Origin: Candidatus Saccharimonadota bacterium
GTDB lineage: Bacteria > Patescibacteriota > Saccharimonadia > JAGOAT01
NCBI GenBank assembly: GCA_017983775.1
Contig: JAGOAT010000001.1
Span: forward strand, 1-56,751
Length of the DNA: 56,751 nucleotides
Reading direction: 5' to 3'
Made by a program: the position numbers and the translations under genes. Positions within the stretch are counted from its first letter, which is position 1. Every line of letters begins with the position of its first letter. The notes under the pieces are model-generated. The model was not told the origin of the DNA and ran no database searches. It worked only from the letters and a program-made list of their open reading frames with translations. Below, in pieces: positions 48,014 to 56,751 of this stretch.

Positions 48014-48487
48014 ATGGAAAGAATTGTTCTAGGTATAGCACTTGTGAGCTTATTGCTATCAGTATTTGCAATCAAAAAATTACTTGATCTCAGAGCTATT
48101 TATAATAAGATCTTTACTCTTAATCAGTCAGGTGATCAGACGACAAGCCTCAAGGATCAGCTAGAGCAGTACAGTAGTGAAGTCAACCAGTGCCTAGACC
48201 AACTCGACCAATTGGCTAGCTATACTGCCAAACTCCACAAACAACTCCAGACTAGCTCTCAAAAGATAGGCCTAATTCGCTTCAACCCTTTCCAAGATAC
48301 TGGTGGCGATCAAAGCTTTTGCTTGACTATTCTCGATGCCAAAGACACTGGATACTGTATATCTAGCATCCATACTAGATCAGGTACTAGGGTGTATTGC
48401 AAAGAAATCCAAAAAGGCAAGAGTCTCCATCATCTTTCAGAAGAAGAACAAGCTTCTATTGCCAAAGCAATCAGTGTAAAATATTAG
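48014..48487 (+). CDS. DUF4446 family protein
   Basis: N-terminal TM helix, a coiled coil, then GLIRFNPFQDTGGDQSFCLTILDAKDTGYCISSIHTRSGTRVYCKEI. Confidence 0.7.
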   Translation: MERIVLGIALVSLLLSVFAIKKLLDLRAIYNKIFTLNQSGDQTTSLKDQLEQYSSEVNQCLDQLDQLASYTAKLHKQLQTSSQKIGLIRFNPFQDTGGDQSFCLTILDAKDTGYCISSIHTRSGTRVYCKEIQKGKSLHHLSEEEQASIAKAISVKY

Positions 48488-48491
48488 CTGT

Positions 48492-48869
48492 ATGTTATTT
48501 AGAAAAAAGCTCCAAAACCATAAAGTATCCCAGCAAACAGCTGTCTTATTTGAGACAGTCCTTGGTGACAATCTCGAAAGTGAGGGAAATCTATATAGTG
48601 ATACTGATATAGTGATCAATTCCAAATTTCGAGGTCAGATCAAAACGACTGGCAAACTAACTGTGGAACAAAATGCAGAAGTAGACGGCGAGATCCAGGC
48701 TCAGGATTTGATCGTAGTTGGCAAACTCAGTGGCAAAGCGACAATCAATGGTCAATCTATCCTACTTAGTACAGCTATCACCAATGCTAATATCCGTACT
48801 GGCACATTAAGGGTCGAAACTGGTGCAATATTAATCGGCAAAATCTCTACTGCCGTGGTAGGTAAATAA
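48492..48869 (+). CDS. bactofilin (polymer-forming cytoskeletal protein)
   Basis: Beta-helical repeats: G....D..I.....G.I.T.GKL.V...A.V.GEI.A.DLIV.GKL.G. Confidence 0.8.
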   Translation: MLFRKKLQNHKVSQQTAVLFETVLGDNLESEGNLYSDTDIVINSKFRGQIKTTGKLTVEQNAEVDGEIQAQDLIVVGKLSGKATINGQSILLSTAITNANIRTGTLRVETGAILIGKISTAVVGK

Positions 48870-48870
48870 A

Positions 48871-49689
48871 ATGTATGCCTTCTTGCTCGATACTACCGCA
48901 AAACTTGGCAACAAGAAAGATCTGCTCAAAAAAATCCGCCAATCAGCCGCCAAACAATCTGTATTCGGAGCCAATTTTGCCTTGTCAGATGAAAATCGGG
49001 CAGGTCAAGAAATCTCCTCTTTTGTTAAGCAGGTCAAGAAAGATTATCAGACTATTATAGTAGTAGGTGATGACTGGACACTTGAGAGTGTGATCAACGA
49101 AGTCCATAGCCAGCAAGCAGATATTACCCTAGGATTTATACCCATCGATAAGAACTCCCATTATGCTGAGCTGCTCAATATCAAAGGCTGGAAGCAAGCA
49201 GTCCAAATACTACCTCAACGTAGGACAGTTGGTCTGAACCTTTGTTCAATCAATAATGAACTTTTTATTGACCAAGCAAAGCTCAGAATTATCAATACTT
49301 CTACTGACCTGCTTCCTCATCTAAAATTTCAATTTGACGACAAGCTAACTGTCAAAGCTAGCACCGTCTGGGGTATCCGAGTAATCAACAACAACCTTTG
49401 GCGAACCGAAACCTTAGACCAGTACCAAAGAAACCTTCTGGTTGAAGGCTATGGAGGTGACCAGTCTGGCAAAATAATGGGCACAAAATTACTAAAAAGA
49501 CTCAACAAACCCCTGCAACCCCAGCTCAGTGACCAGCTAATCAATATCCATGCTGATAAATTAGAGATCACTATTCGCAATGGACACTTCCACTATCAAG
49601 GTCAAGAACTCAGCGTCAACAAATTGACTATTGGCGAGAGCTACCCAAGGCTCAACTTCATTGTGCCAAAAAAAACCCTGTCTAGATAA
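48871..49689 (+). CDS. diacylglycerol-kinase-catalytic-domain-like protein (divergent)
   Basis: IIVVGDDWTLESVINEV...LGFIPIDKNSHYAELL parallels the GGDGT...lGiiPlGtgNdfa pattern, but the glycine motif is degenerate. Confidence 0.45.
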   Translation: MYAFLLDTTAKLGNKKDLLKKIRQSAAKQSVFGANFALSDENRAGQEISSFVKQVKKDYQTIIVVGDDWTLESVINEVHSQQADITLGFIPIDKNSHYAELLNIKGWKQAVQILPQRRTVGLNLCSINNELFIDQAKLRIINTSTDLLPHLKFQFDDKLTVKASTVWGIRVINNNLWRTETLDQYQRNLLVEGYGGDQSGKIMGTKLLKRLNKPLQPQLSDQLINIHADKLEITIRNGHFHYQGQELSVNKLTIGESYPRLNFIVPKKTLSR

Positions 49690-49741
49690 GATTAATTACA
49701 GTCTAGGCTATAGTTAATCTTGATCAAAAGGCTCCACAAAG

Positions 49742-49917
49742 TCATATTTATTTAAAATACACAAATCAAACCATAAAATCTTGCAAGCCTATCCCTACAA
49801 AGAGCCAAATAACCCCCTTCGTGCTTTTCAAGGAGTCCCCTTGAAAAGCACTATCCCAACAGATCAAAAAGCCCAAGGAGTCCCCTTGAAATGGCCAAAA
49901 TTGACCTTGTTTTGAGA
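49742..49917 (+). repeat. left arm of a 176-bp inverted repeat (contains promoter cassette copy 6 at 49829-49900)
   Basis: It is the reverse complement of 53322-53497 with one mismatch seen (C at 49895 versus T). It is followed by a vestigial proS-like start, ATGAAATTCTCAAAATTT..., at 49920. Confidence 0.9.
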
Positions 49918-49946
49918 CTATGAAATTCTCAAAATTTTCTATCAGT

Positions 49947-51554
49947 CTAAAAAGTTAATTTTGTCATCACCTGACTAGGGTAAATCAAAGCCAAATCTCC
50001 ATCACCCAATTCCTCAATGTCAGACCATTCTCCAAGCTGGTTTTTTATATCCTCAACACCGCAATCACTGAGTGGTCCCCTGATTAACTCCTTGCCAACA
50101 ATGATTGATGTTTTCTTGTCCCGATCTTCTATCTTATCAAATACTCCTTTGTCAAAAAATAAATTGACCTTGTATAGCTTATTGTCCCGACAATCAAGTG
50201 GGAAAATCACCTTATCTGAATCCCTACCAAAAAAATATTCTGCAGGGATGGCCGTGCTCATATCAGCATATCCATAGCTAAAATCACTACCAACAATATA
50301 ATCGTATCGTCTCTCTAGGACATCAATTCCCTCCAATCTATTATTACTAACCCCAGCCAGCGACCGAATTAATCCGTAACTATTAACCAATATTACGACT
50401 GTAAATATTGCTATCAAGCTCTGCTTTGGCACTGCCTCCAAGGTAGCTATCAACATAATCAATCCCGGAAATAGCATGATCAAATATCTTGATGTTCCAG
50501 GCAAAAGAGGCTGTCCACTCGCAAAATATATAGCTACAGGAAAAACCAATGCCAATACTATCAATACCATCAGCTTCCTATTATGGCTATACAGTTTGTA
50601 TCTGATATATAGCCATACCGTCATAGCAAATAAATATAATGTGAAGACATTATTGAGACGCCGTCTCCACCTGCCCATTTCCTCGGTACCTGAAAAAATA
50701 TCAAGGATATTCCTAATGGTTTGCTTTATTGCAGGGCTAAGATTATTTAAGACATCCAAGCTTTGATTCAATGATCCAACCTTGAAAAAAACTATACCAA
50801 AAAATTTTCTTGCAAAAAGCTGAATAGCTAAACTCAACAAGAAGGCTATTAGTATCACGATCAAGACCTTGATCGCTGATTTTTTATTCCGTCTATCAAG
50901 GAAGAGGCTATCTAGTATTATATAGGCAGCTAGTATTGTACCCGATACATAGATCTGCATAGGATCTGAGAAAAATACCAGAGCTAAGTAGATTACAAAA
51001 GGAATCAAGGATACTAGAGACTTACCCTCATAACACCTAATCCCGAGATAGATAATACCAAGACCAGCAACAATCTCTAGGTTTCTTGAATTCGAAAATT
51101 GTATCCAAAACACCGATCCTGCTATAGTAGATATCCATAGAAACATCATATTAAAATACATCCCAGGATCAATACTAAACTTTTTTAAGATTCTATAGAG
51201 GATATAGTAGATGCCGATTATGGTTAAGATATTGATCAACAATGTAGACAAGATCAAAAATAACGTTGGATCTAGATTGAATATCTCCGCTGGCATATAA
51301 AATACAAAAATCTTGAATATATAGTTTGTAGGTGCAGTTAAGACACCCTCAGTATAGCCACTAAGCCAATGCCTAGCTAATAATTGTTGCCCTATCAAAT
51401 CAAAGTTTATAGGCTGAGAAAGAAATCTAAAGATTGTCCAAATTGAAACTATTGTACAGCTTAAAAAAATTGTCACTATAGTAGACATATTTCGCCTTAC
51501 AGTATGCCAAAAATTTGCTAACAATCTTGAATTCATAACCCAGGATTGTCCCAT
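49947..51554 (-). CDS. polytopic membrane protein, possibly a GT-C-type glycosyltransferase
   Basis: 535 aa with about 12 hydrophobic helices followed by a soluble C-terminal domain. The assignment rests on architecture only. Confidence 0.4.
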   Translation of the reverse strand: MGQSWVMNSRLLANFWHTVRRNMSTIVTIFLSCTIVSIWTIFRFLSQPINFDLIGQQLLARHWLSGYTEGVLTAPTNYIFKIFVFYMPAEIFNLDPTLFLILSTLLINILTIIGIYYILYRILKKFSIDPGMYFNMMFLWISTIAGSVFWIQFSNSRNLEIVAGLGIIYLGIRCYEGKSLVSLIPFVIYLALVFFSDPMQIYVSGTILAAYIILDSLFLDRRNKKSAIKVLIVILIAFLLSLAIQLFARKFFGIVFFKVGSLNQSLDVLNNLSPAIKQTIRNILDIFSGTEEMGRWRRRLNNVFTLYLFAMTVWLYIRYKLYSHNRKLMVLIVLALVFPVAIYFASGQPLLPGTSRYLIMLFPGLIMLIATLEAVPKQSLIAIFTVVILVNSYGLIRSLAGVSNNRLEGIDVLERRYDYIVGSDFSYGYADMSTAIPAEYFFGRDSDKVIFPLDCRDNKLYKVNLFFDKGVFDKIEDRDKKTSIIVGKELIRGPLSDCGVEDIKNQLGEWSDIEELGDGDLALIYPSQVMTKLTF

Positions 51555-51557
51555 AGA

Positions 51558-53303
51558 TCACTTCAAAGAAGTAGAAGCCTGATCAATATTTAACATCTCT
51601 ACCTGATCTTGATTGCGATATTTGAGCTCAAGTTGATTATCGGCCAGAGTTTTAGCGCTAACTACCAAGCGAATTGGGTTACCGATCAGATCAGCATCGG
51701 CAAACTTCTCTCCTGCCCGAACATCCAATCGATCATCCCAAATCACCTCCAAGCCTTGACTAATCATCGACTGATATAATTCTTCTGTTCTAGTATAAAC
51801 AGGGTCATCCTCACTCCTGGCTAACGAAATCAGATGATATTTGTATGGAGCTACAATTTCAGGCCAAATTATTCCCTTATCATCATGATATAGCTCAACA
51901 ATTGTGGCAATTGTTCTTCCAACCCCTATCCCATAACACCCCATATAGTATGGCTTTCTGTCTCCATCCTGATCAGTATAATTAGCATTATCCATTAATG
52001 TCGAATAGTGATACCCCAACTGAAAAATATTACCAACCTCCACACCCTTCTTACCTTCAAGCTGTCCTCCGGAAACTGCAATATACCCCGACTGAGCTAG
52101 GGCGATATCTGCGACTTTATCAGCTAGAAAATCACGCTGATAATTGATACCCAGATAATCAAAGTTCTTTTTGTTTGACCCGCTGGCAGCATTAACCATC
52201 TTGGCCACAGTATCATCAATAATAACTATTAACTCTTCATCTTCTGATAAATTCTCCCTGATATCTACTGGAGAAATGAAGCCTGGATAACTACCTAGCC
52301 GCTCAATTACTTCTTGATCCGTCAATGGCTCAATATGGTTGGCATCGACCTGATGTGCTAGCTTCACTTCATTGACATCTAAATCTGCCCTAATACAAGC
52401 TAGTACGAGCTGATTCTTTCCTGTCTTGTAGGCAACATTCTTGATGTGATTAACTAAACTCAATTTATGGAATTCTACTCCGTCTGCCATTGTCTTACCC
52501 CGATTGGCCTCTACCATATTAAGCTTTTGAGGCTTGCTCTTCTGGGTAATTTTCTCTGGTTTTGAGCTACTATAATCATAGCTTTTATCAAAAACGGCTA
52601 CATCCTGATGGGCTTGATAAGAACCAGTTTGGTCGACCAAATAATCACTTTCTCCAGCATCGGTATCAACGATATATTCATGACAATACTCACCCCCGAT
52701 GTAGCCATTGTCGGACTCCACACGATGAGCATCAAGACCCAGCTTGGTGAATATTGCCTGATAGGCATCTGACATTGATTGATACTCATTAGCAAAATCA
52801 GCCTCAGAACTATGAAATGAATAGGCATCTTTCATAATAAATTCTCGAACTCGCAATAACCCTCCCCTAGCCCTCAGCTCATCTCTAAATTTCATTGAGA
52901 ATTGGTAAAGATTTAGTGGCAAATCTCGATAGCTAATATTAAACTTCCTGATCAGGTCTACCACCATTTCTTCAGCGGTACCTCCCAAGACAAATCTTGC
53001 CCCCCTCCTATCTTCGACTTGCATCAGTTCAAAACCTGCCGCCTGATCTCGATTGGTCTCTTGCCATAGATCTAATGAATGCAGGACTGGGGTGATGATT
53101 TCTTGAGCCCCTCTCATATTCATTTCTGCCCTAATCACTTCAGTCAGTTTATGCTGAACCCTAATACCAAGTGGCAACAAATAGTACCTTCCAGCACTAG
53201 ATTCCCTAATAAATCCTGCTTGGGTCAAAAGCCGATGTGAATCAACCTTATAATCCAGCCCAACCTCTTTACTTGGTTTGGCGAATAACTTTGAAAATCT
53301 CAT
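51558..53303 (-). CDS. proS: prolyl-tRNA synthetase
   Basis: MRFSKLF.KP.KE......SH.LL..AGFI......G.Y..LPLG..V..K, class II aaRS motifs, and a C-terminal anticodon-binding domain. The start is set at ATG 53303 because the track's 15-aa extension translates the repeat. Confidence 0.92.
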   Translation of the reverse strand: MRFSKLFAKPSKEVGLDYKVDSHRLLTQAGFIRESSAGRYYLLPLGIRVQHKLTEVIRAEMNMRGAQEIITPVLHSLDLWQETNRDQAAGFELMQVEDRRGARFVLGGTAEEMVVDLIRKFNISYRDLPLNLYQFSMKFRDELRARGGLLRVREFIMKDAYSFHSSEADFANEYQSMSDAYQAIFTKLGLDAHRVESDNGYIGGEYCHEYIVDTDAGESDYLVDQTGSYQAHQDVAVFDKSYDYSSSKPEKITQKSKPQKLNMVEANRGKTMADGVEFHKLSLVNHIKNVAYKTGKNQLVLACIRADLDVNEVKLAHQVDANHIEPLTDQEVIERLGSYPGFISPVDIRENLSEDEELIVIIDDTVAKMVNAASGSNKKNFDYLGINYQRDFLADKVADIALAQSGYIAVSGGQLEGKKGVEVGNIFQLGYHYSTLMDNANYTDQDGDRKPYYMGCYGIGVGRTIATIVELYHDDKGIIWPEIVAPYKYHLISLARSEDDPVYTRTEELYQSMISQGLEVIWDDRLDVRAGEKFADADLIGNPIRLVVSAKTLADNQLELKYRNQDQVEMLNIDQASTSLK

Positions 53304-53321
53304 AGTCTTATCATATAGGAC

Positions 53322-53497
53322 TCTCAAAACAAGGTCAATTTTGACCATTTCAAGGGGACTCCTTGGGCTTTTTGATCTGTTGGGATAGTGCTTTTCAAGG
53401 GGACTCCTTGAAAAGCACGAAGGGGGTTATTTGGCTCTTTGTAGGGATAGGCTTGCAAGATTTTATGGTTTGATTTGTGTATTTTAAATAAATATGA
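53322..53497 (-). repeat. right arm of the 176-bp inverted repeat (contains promoter cassette copy 7 at 53339-53410, upstream of proS)
   Basis: See 49742-49917. Confidence 0.9.
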
Positions 53498-53534
53498 TAA
53501 GTTAGTAACGAATAAATGATTAAGAATTTCAAGT

Positions 53535-54074
53535 TTGAATAACAAAGCGTCACAACCTAGGCGCGACTATGTGCGGATCAATCATCAGATACGCGCTGAA
53601 GAAGTGCGTGTTTTGTCTGAAGATAAAGAAATGCTAGGCCTGATGACACTGTCAGATGCCCTTGCCAAGGCTCAAGCAGCTGAGCTAGACTTAGTCGAAA
53701 TATCACCTGATGCCAAGCCTCCAGTAGTCAGGATAGTGGATTGGGGTAAGTATCGCTATGAAAAAGAAAAACAAGCCAAGCAAAATCAGAAAAATCAAAA
53801 GCAACAAGAGCTCAAACAAATTCGCCTAAGTCTAAAGATTAGCCCCCATGATTTGGAAATCAAAACTGATCAAGCGAAAAAATTTCTTACCAAGGGCCAT
53901 AAGGTCAAACTAACTGTCAGGCTCAAGGGGCGCGAGATGCACCATAGCTACCTGGGTAAAGAAGTGCTAGAAAAATCCCTAGAGATCCTTGCTGACTATG
54001 CCAAAGCGGATAGCACTGTCCGCAAATCAGGTCGAGAATTCTCGATCACTGTCTCACCGATTAAGAAGAGTTAA
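53535..54074 (+). CDS. infC: translation initiation factor IF-3
   Basis: INHQIRAEEVRVL...G..LG.M....AL..A....LDLVE.SP.A.PPV.RI.D.GKY.YE..K. The start is non-ATG (TTG), as is common for infC. Confidence 0.9.
   Translation: MNNKASQPRRDYVRINHQIRAEEVRVLSEDKEMLGLMTLSDALAKAQAAELDLVEISPDAKPPVVRIVDWGKYRYEKEKQAKQNQKNQKQQELKQIRLSLKISPHDLEIKTDQAKKFLTKGHKVKLTVRLKGREMHHSYLGKEVLEKSLEILADYAKADSTVRKSGREFSITVSPIKKS
54032..54067 (+). repeat. 36-bp direct repeat, copy 1 (within the infC 3' end)
   Basis: tcgagaattctcgatcactgtctcaccgattaagaa is identical to 56116-56151. Confidence 0.9.
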
Positions 54075-54817
54075 AATAACTGAAGATTTGAGCCAGAAGC
54101 ATCAGTCTTTTCCCGAAATCCAACGTAATCTCTCCAATATAGCCAAACAATCGCCTGAAGCTGATTGGGTACTAAATCCAATGCCTTAGCAGTATCAGTA
54201 ACCATCTTCGAAGATTTTTCGTACTCATCTGGTGATAACCAATTCTTGTCATGCCTACTTATTGGTGTGCCGACCAGTAGTCCAAACATGTGACGATCAA
54301 TAGTAACGTATTCTGGATTATCTGGCTCTGCTATATTCATAAAAAATGCACGCATTTTTGGGTTATTACGCTCTGGATTAAACAACACATCCTTAGGATC
54401 TTCACCATTATTAATACGCATAGCGTCGTTTCTCGTATATCCAAGTCCGCTATATTTACCGTTTAGCACAAGCTCCCTGGCATTAACCAAATTCCTTGTC
54501 CATGACTGCATGGGCGAGGTAGCAGCAACAATTCCAGCTATACTTTCAGGGCTCAACTTGACATCCTTATCCATAGAAAGCTCTTGGCACCATTGATGTG
54601 CCTTTTGATACCACTCAAGCCCTGAATTCTTGTGAGGTAATGTTGCAAGATTAAATGCGATTATAAGTCTTCCAATTCCCGTGTCTAAATCAGGGAAGGT
54701 TGGCATCCTCCTTTCTCTTTCTCCAGAGTTTAATTCAAATAATCTTTCTAGCTCTACCATTTCACTAAGAGTTACTACCATTAAAAGTCGATGCCATTGA
54801 CTGTACAGCAGTCCCAA
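54071..54817 (-). CDS. hypothetical protein carried on the insertion
   Basis: 248-aa ORF. The probable start is MVELERLF at 54760, just after the upstream gene's stop. No domain recognised. Confidence 0.45.
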   Translation of the reverse strand: MGLLYSQWHRLLMVVTLSEMVELERLFELNSGERERRMPTFPDLDTGIGRLIIAFNLATLPHKNSGLEWYQKAHQWCQELSMDKDVKLSPESIAGIVAATSPMQSWTRNLVNARELVLNGKYSGLGYTRNDAMRINNGEDPKDVLFNPERNNPKMRAFFMNIAEPDNPEYVTIDRHMFGLLVGTPISRHDKNWLSPDEYEKSSKMVTDTAKALDLVPNQLQAIVWLYWRDYVGFREKTDASGSNLQLF

Positions 54818-56033
54818 GATTATTAAAGAGGGTTTCTATTACTCTTGAATCAGCCACCACTGTACAAAAAACTTCTTTGTGAGCTGACAAAACATGTTGC
54901 AGATCACCATTTGCAACACGGGTCACCCCGTCTAATGCTTCCATAAAACGTTGCCTTGCTTGATCTGAATAAGTCTTAAAGAGATCTGCCTGGCTTTCTT
55001 CAAAAAGCCTTAAGGCGTCATTCTCTTCCTGAGCCTCAGACCAGCTAGCCTTGTAACCACGTGCACGTTGTTTAAAAAAGCCCACTAATGCCCTCTTTTC
55101 AGATCCAGTCTTATCCTGAATATGAGCAATCTCAGTTCCAAGAAAAAGAATCCACTGTTCTTTTAACTTTTCTTCTTCATCATCGGTTAAGCTATCTTTG
55201 CTCCTTCCTTTAAAAAAGGTTCTCATCTGATAGTCTCGATAGGGCTCTTCCAGCATAGCGAGTTCTACACCTATAGTATAACTCAACAACCCCCCTCGAA
55301 ATATATCTCGATACGCCCCAGGTAACCTAGAGAATGCTATAGCGCTCTTAATTCTTTTGTAGCTAATTTTATCTCTGGACTCTCTCGCAAATTCTGCTGG
55401 AGAACTCCATAGATTATTTTCTAGACCATAGTAATATATTTCAACTATTGCTAGAAGTTCTCTTGCTTCTGAAACATTACTATGGATATTTTCTGCAATC
55501 TGTATCTCTAATATTTCTTGGGGAGAGGGTAAAAAATGCAAATCACAAGCCACATATGCAATATCTTCATCCTTAGCAACAATATTCCTGATTGCCTGAA
55601 TCCTACTATGACCAGCCATAACCACTAGATAATACCGTCCATTATCCATTATAAAACTATCTCCAGGTGGATACTTGTTAATTAAAGCAGCTATCATCTG
55701 TTCTGGAACGGCTGGCATGTCCTCCAACCTGTGTTCTGATCCCCATAAAGAGTTGACAACTCTAATATATTGATCTAACCCATCTTCAGACATCAATGCA
55801 ATTGTGGGTTTATGAATCAAACCCACCTCGTTAATCGACCTCTGTAATGCTGCCATTGACCGATTGGTATCTTCTCTAGTTTGTGACAAGCTGATTATTG
55901 AAGGCAAAGGTAGACTGTGATTCTTAGCAGATCCAAATTCTACCCTGTCCCTACAACCGTCACCCCCTAAATGATATCTGTCCTCGTCAAGCGTTAACTT
56001 ACCTGAACTAATTCCACCTTTCAAGCTATCCAA
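54765..56033 (-). CDS. ParB N-terminal-domain-like (ParB/Srx nuclease fold) protein
   Basis: ...LPSIISLSQTRED...L.RSINEVGLIHKPTIAL... and VVMAGHSRIQAIR resemble the ParB-N box (GHxR). The remainder is unassigned. Confidence 0.5.
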   Translation of the reverse strand: MDSLKGGISSGKLTLDEDRYHLGGDGCRDRVEFGSAKNHSLPLPSIISLSQTREDTNRSMAALQRSINEVGLIHKPTIALMSEDGLDQYIRVVNSLWGSEHRLEDMPAVPEQMIAALINKYPPGDSFIMDNGRYYLVVMAGHSRIQAIRNIVAKDEDIAYVACDLHFLPSPQEILEIQIAENIHSNVSEARELLAIVEIYYYGLENNLWSSPAEFARESRDKISYKRIKSAIAFSRLPGAYRDIFRGGLLSYTIGVELAMLEEPYRDYQMRTFFKGRSKDSLTDDEEEKLKEQWILFLGTEIAHIQDKTGSEKRALVGFFKQRARGYKASWSEAQEENDALRLFEESQADLFKTYSDQARQRFMEALDGVTRVANGDLQHVLSAHKEVFCTVVADSRVIETLFNNLGTAVQSMASTFNGSNS

Positions 56034-56115
56034 ATCACAACCCCCTCAATTATTTCTTTAAGAACATTGTACTTCAAAAAATATTTTATAGCAAAAACGA
56101 TAAATTTCTATCCTT

Positions 56116-56151
56116 TCGAGAATTCTCGATCACTGTCTCACCGATTAAGAA
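56116..56151 (+). repeat. 36-bp direct repeat, copy 2 (orphan infC 3' end; reads ...REFSITVSPIKK-stop)
   Basis: Identical to 54032-54067 and followed by TAA in the infC frame. Confidence 0.9.
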
Positions 56152-56160
56152 ATAACTTTG

Positions 56161-56361
56161 TTACCAAACATTTGGGTCACGCTTGAGCAGGGCTTTGCAA
56201 AAATCCAATAAGTTCCATACCTTGCCATCTCTTCCTTTCTCTACCCAGATTGATAGAATAGTTCTGGCAAGTCTCCTTTTTGTGGTGATATCTCTTTCTT
56301 GGTCAGTATTAGGCTTACTAGGTGGTTCGCTTAGAATACCTAGGTTGACTTGCTCACTCAT
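56161..56361 (-). CDS. hypothetical small protein
   Basis: 66-aa ORF whose start overlaps the upstream ORF's stop by 8 nt. Confidence 0.3.
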   Translation of the reverse strand: MSEQVNLGILSEPPSKPNTDQERDITTKRRLARTILSIWVEKGRDGKVWNLLDFCKALLKRDPNVW

Positions 56362-56692
56362 GATAGCCCAAAGCTACCTGAGCAAACTCTAGTGATTGAT
56401 CAACACAATTTTGGGTAGTTGTCACTACTATACCTGTTGTACTCGGTGTCTCAGAAGAATTCGCTCCTATAGTCAACTCATGCTCACCTGAAGCAGCATA
56501 TTGAGCTAAGCCAGCAATTATTCTCTGCAAGAGTATCTGATCTATCGCTTGACCAAATGAGTCTTGCTTGATCTTTTGATCTGCTAGATCTTTATTATCA
56601 GGAAATTGTTCTCGTATACCCTCAAGAACACTAATATAAATCTGCCCTAATGATACATTTAGCTCAGTAGCCCCATCCTCTAGCTTGTTCAA
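56354..56692 (-). CDS. hypothetical protein
   Basis: 112-aa ORF with no recognisable motif. Confidence 0.35.
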   Translation of the reverse strand: MNKLEDGATELNVSLGQIYISVLEGIREQFPDNKDLADQKIKQDSFGQAIDQILLQRIIAGLAQYAASGEHELTIGANSSETPSTTGIVVTTTQNCVDQSLEFAQVALGYHE

Positions 56693-56751
56693 ATCCCACC
56701 CTTCTTCATTGACATACTCTCCACCAATACGAATCGTAAACCCTTCTAGGG

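Noticed and set aside
53324-53545. 73-aa ORF upstream of proS, and the similar ORF 19567..19758.
   Set aside because: Both are read-throughs of the repeat/promoter cassette sequence (..QGVPLK...QGVPLK..), so they are not independent genes.

Overview
A 56.8-kb, low-GC, gene-dense bacterial window. The gene content looks like a reduced CPR/Patescibacteria-type genome (inference): class I aldolase, a divergent GAPDH, a sortase with a tiny LPXTG substrate, few biosynthetic genes, and many short hypothetical genes. Recognisable housekeeping genes are clpB, smpB, a UvrD-like helicase-nuclease, an ABC exporter, a murG-like gene, a galT-like gene, pepN, tgt plus yhhQ, fba, comM/yifB, proS and infC.

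The standout is a compact class 2 CRISPR-Cas locus at 42048-47377. It has one 1160-aa ORF whose C-terminal third carries a split RuvC domain and a Zn-ribbon, with no HNH domain. Next to it is a 13-repeat CRISPR array with 25-nt repeats and unusually short 18-19-nt spacers, followed by a divergent cas1. No cas2 or cas4 is visible. From memory this matches the CasY/Cas12d (type V-D) architecture known from CPR metagenomes. A hairpin with a short anti-repeat, a candidate scout/tracr-like RNA, lies between the effector gene and the array. The array is bracketed by a ~22-nt inverted repeat, and the whole module by ~71-nt direct repeats.

Other structure that the gene calls do not explain:
- Two paralogous pseudoknotted 5' leaders with covarying stems and an attenuator. 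They look riboswitch-like and I cannot assign a class.
- A 7-copy promoter cassette with paired palindromes.
- A 176-bp near-perfect inverted repeat flanking proS and a membrane-protein gene, with a vestigial proS start at the far copy.
- A 36-bp duplication of the infC 3' end bracketing a 2-kb insertion that carries a ParB-like gene.
- An orphan promoter-to-terminator unit downstream of smpB, where no tmRNA could be found.

All coordinates and motif calls were made by eye. No database search was possible.
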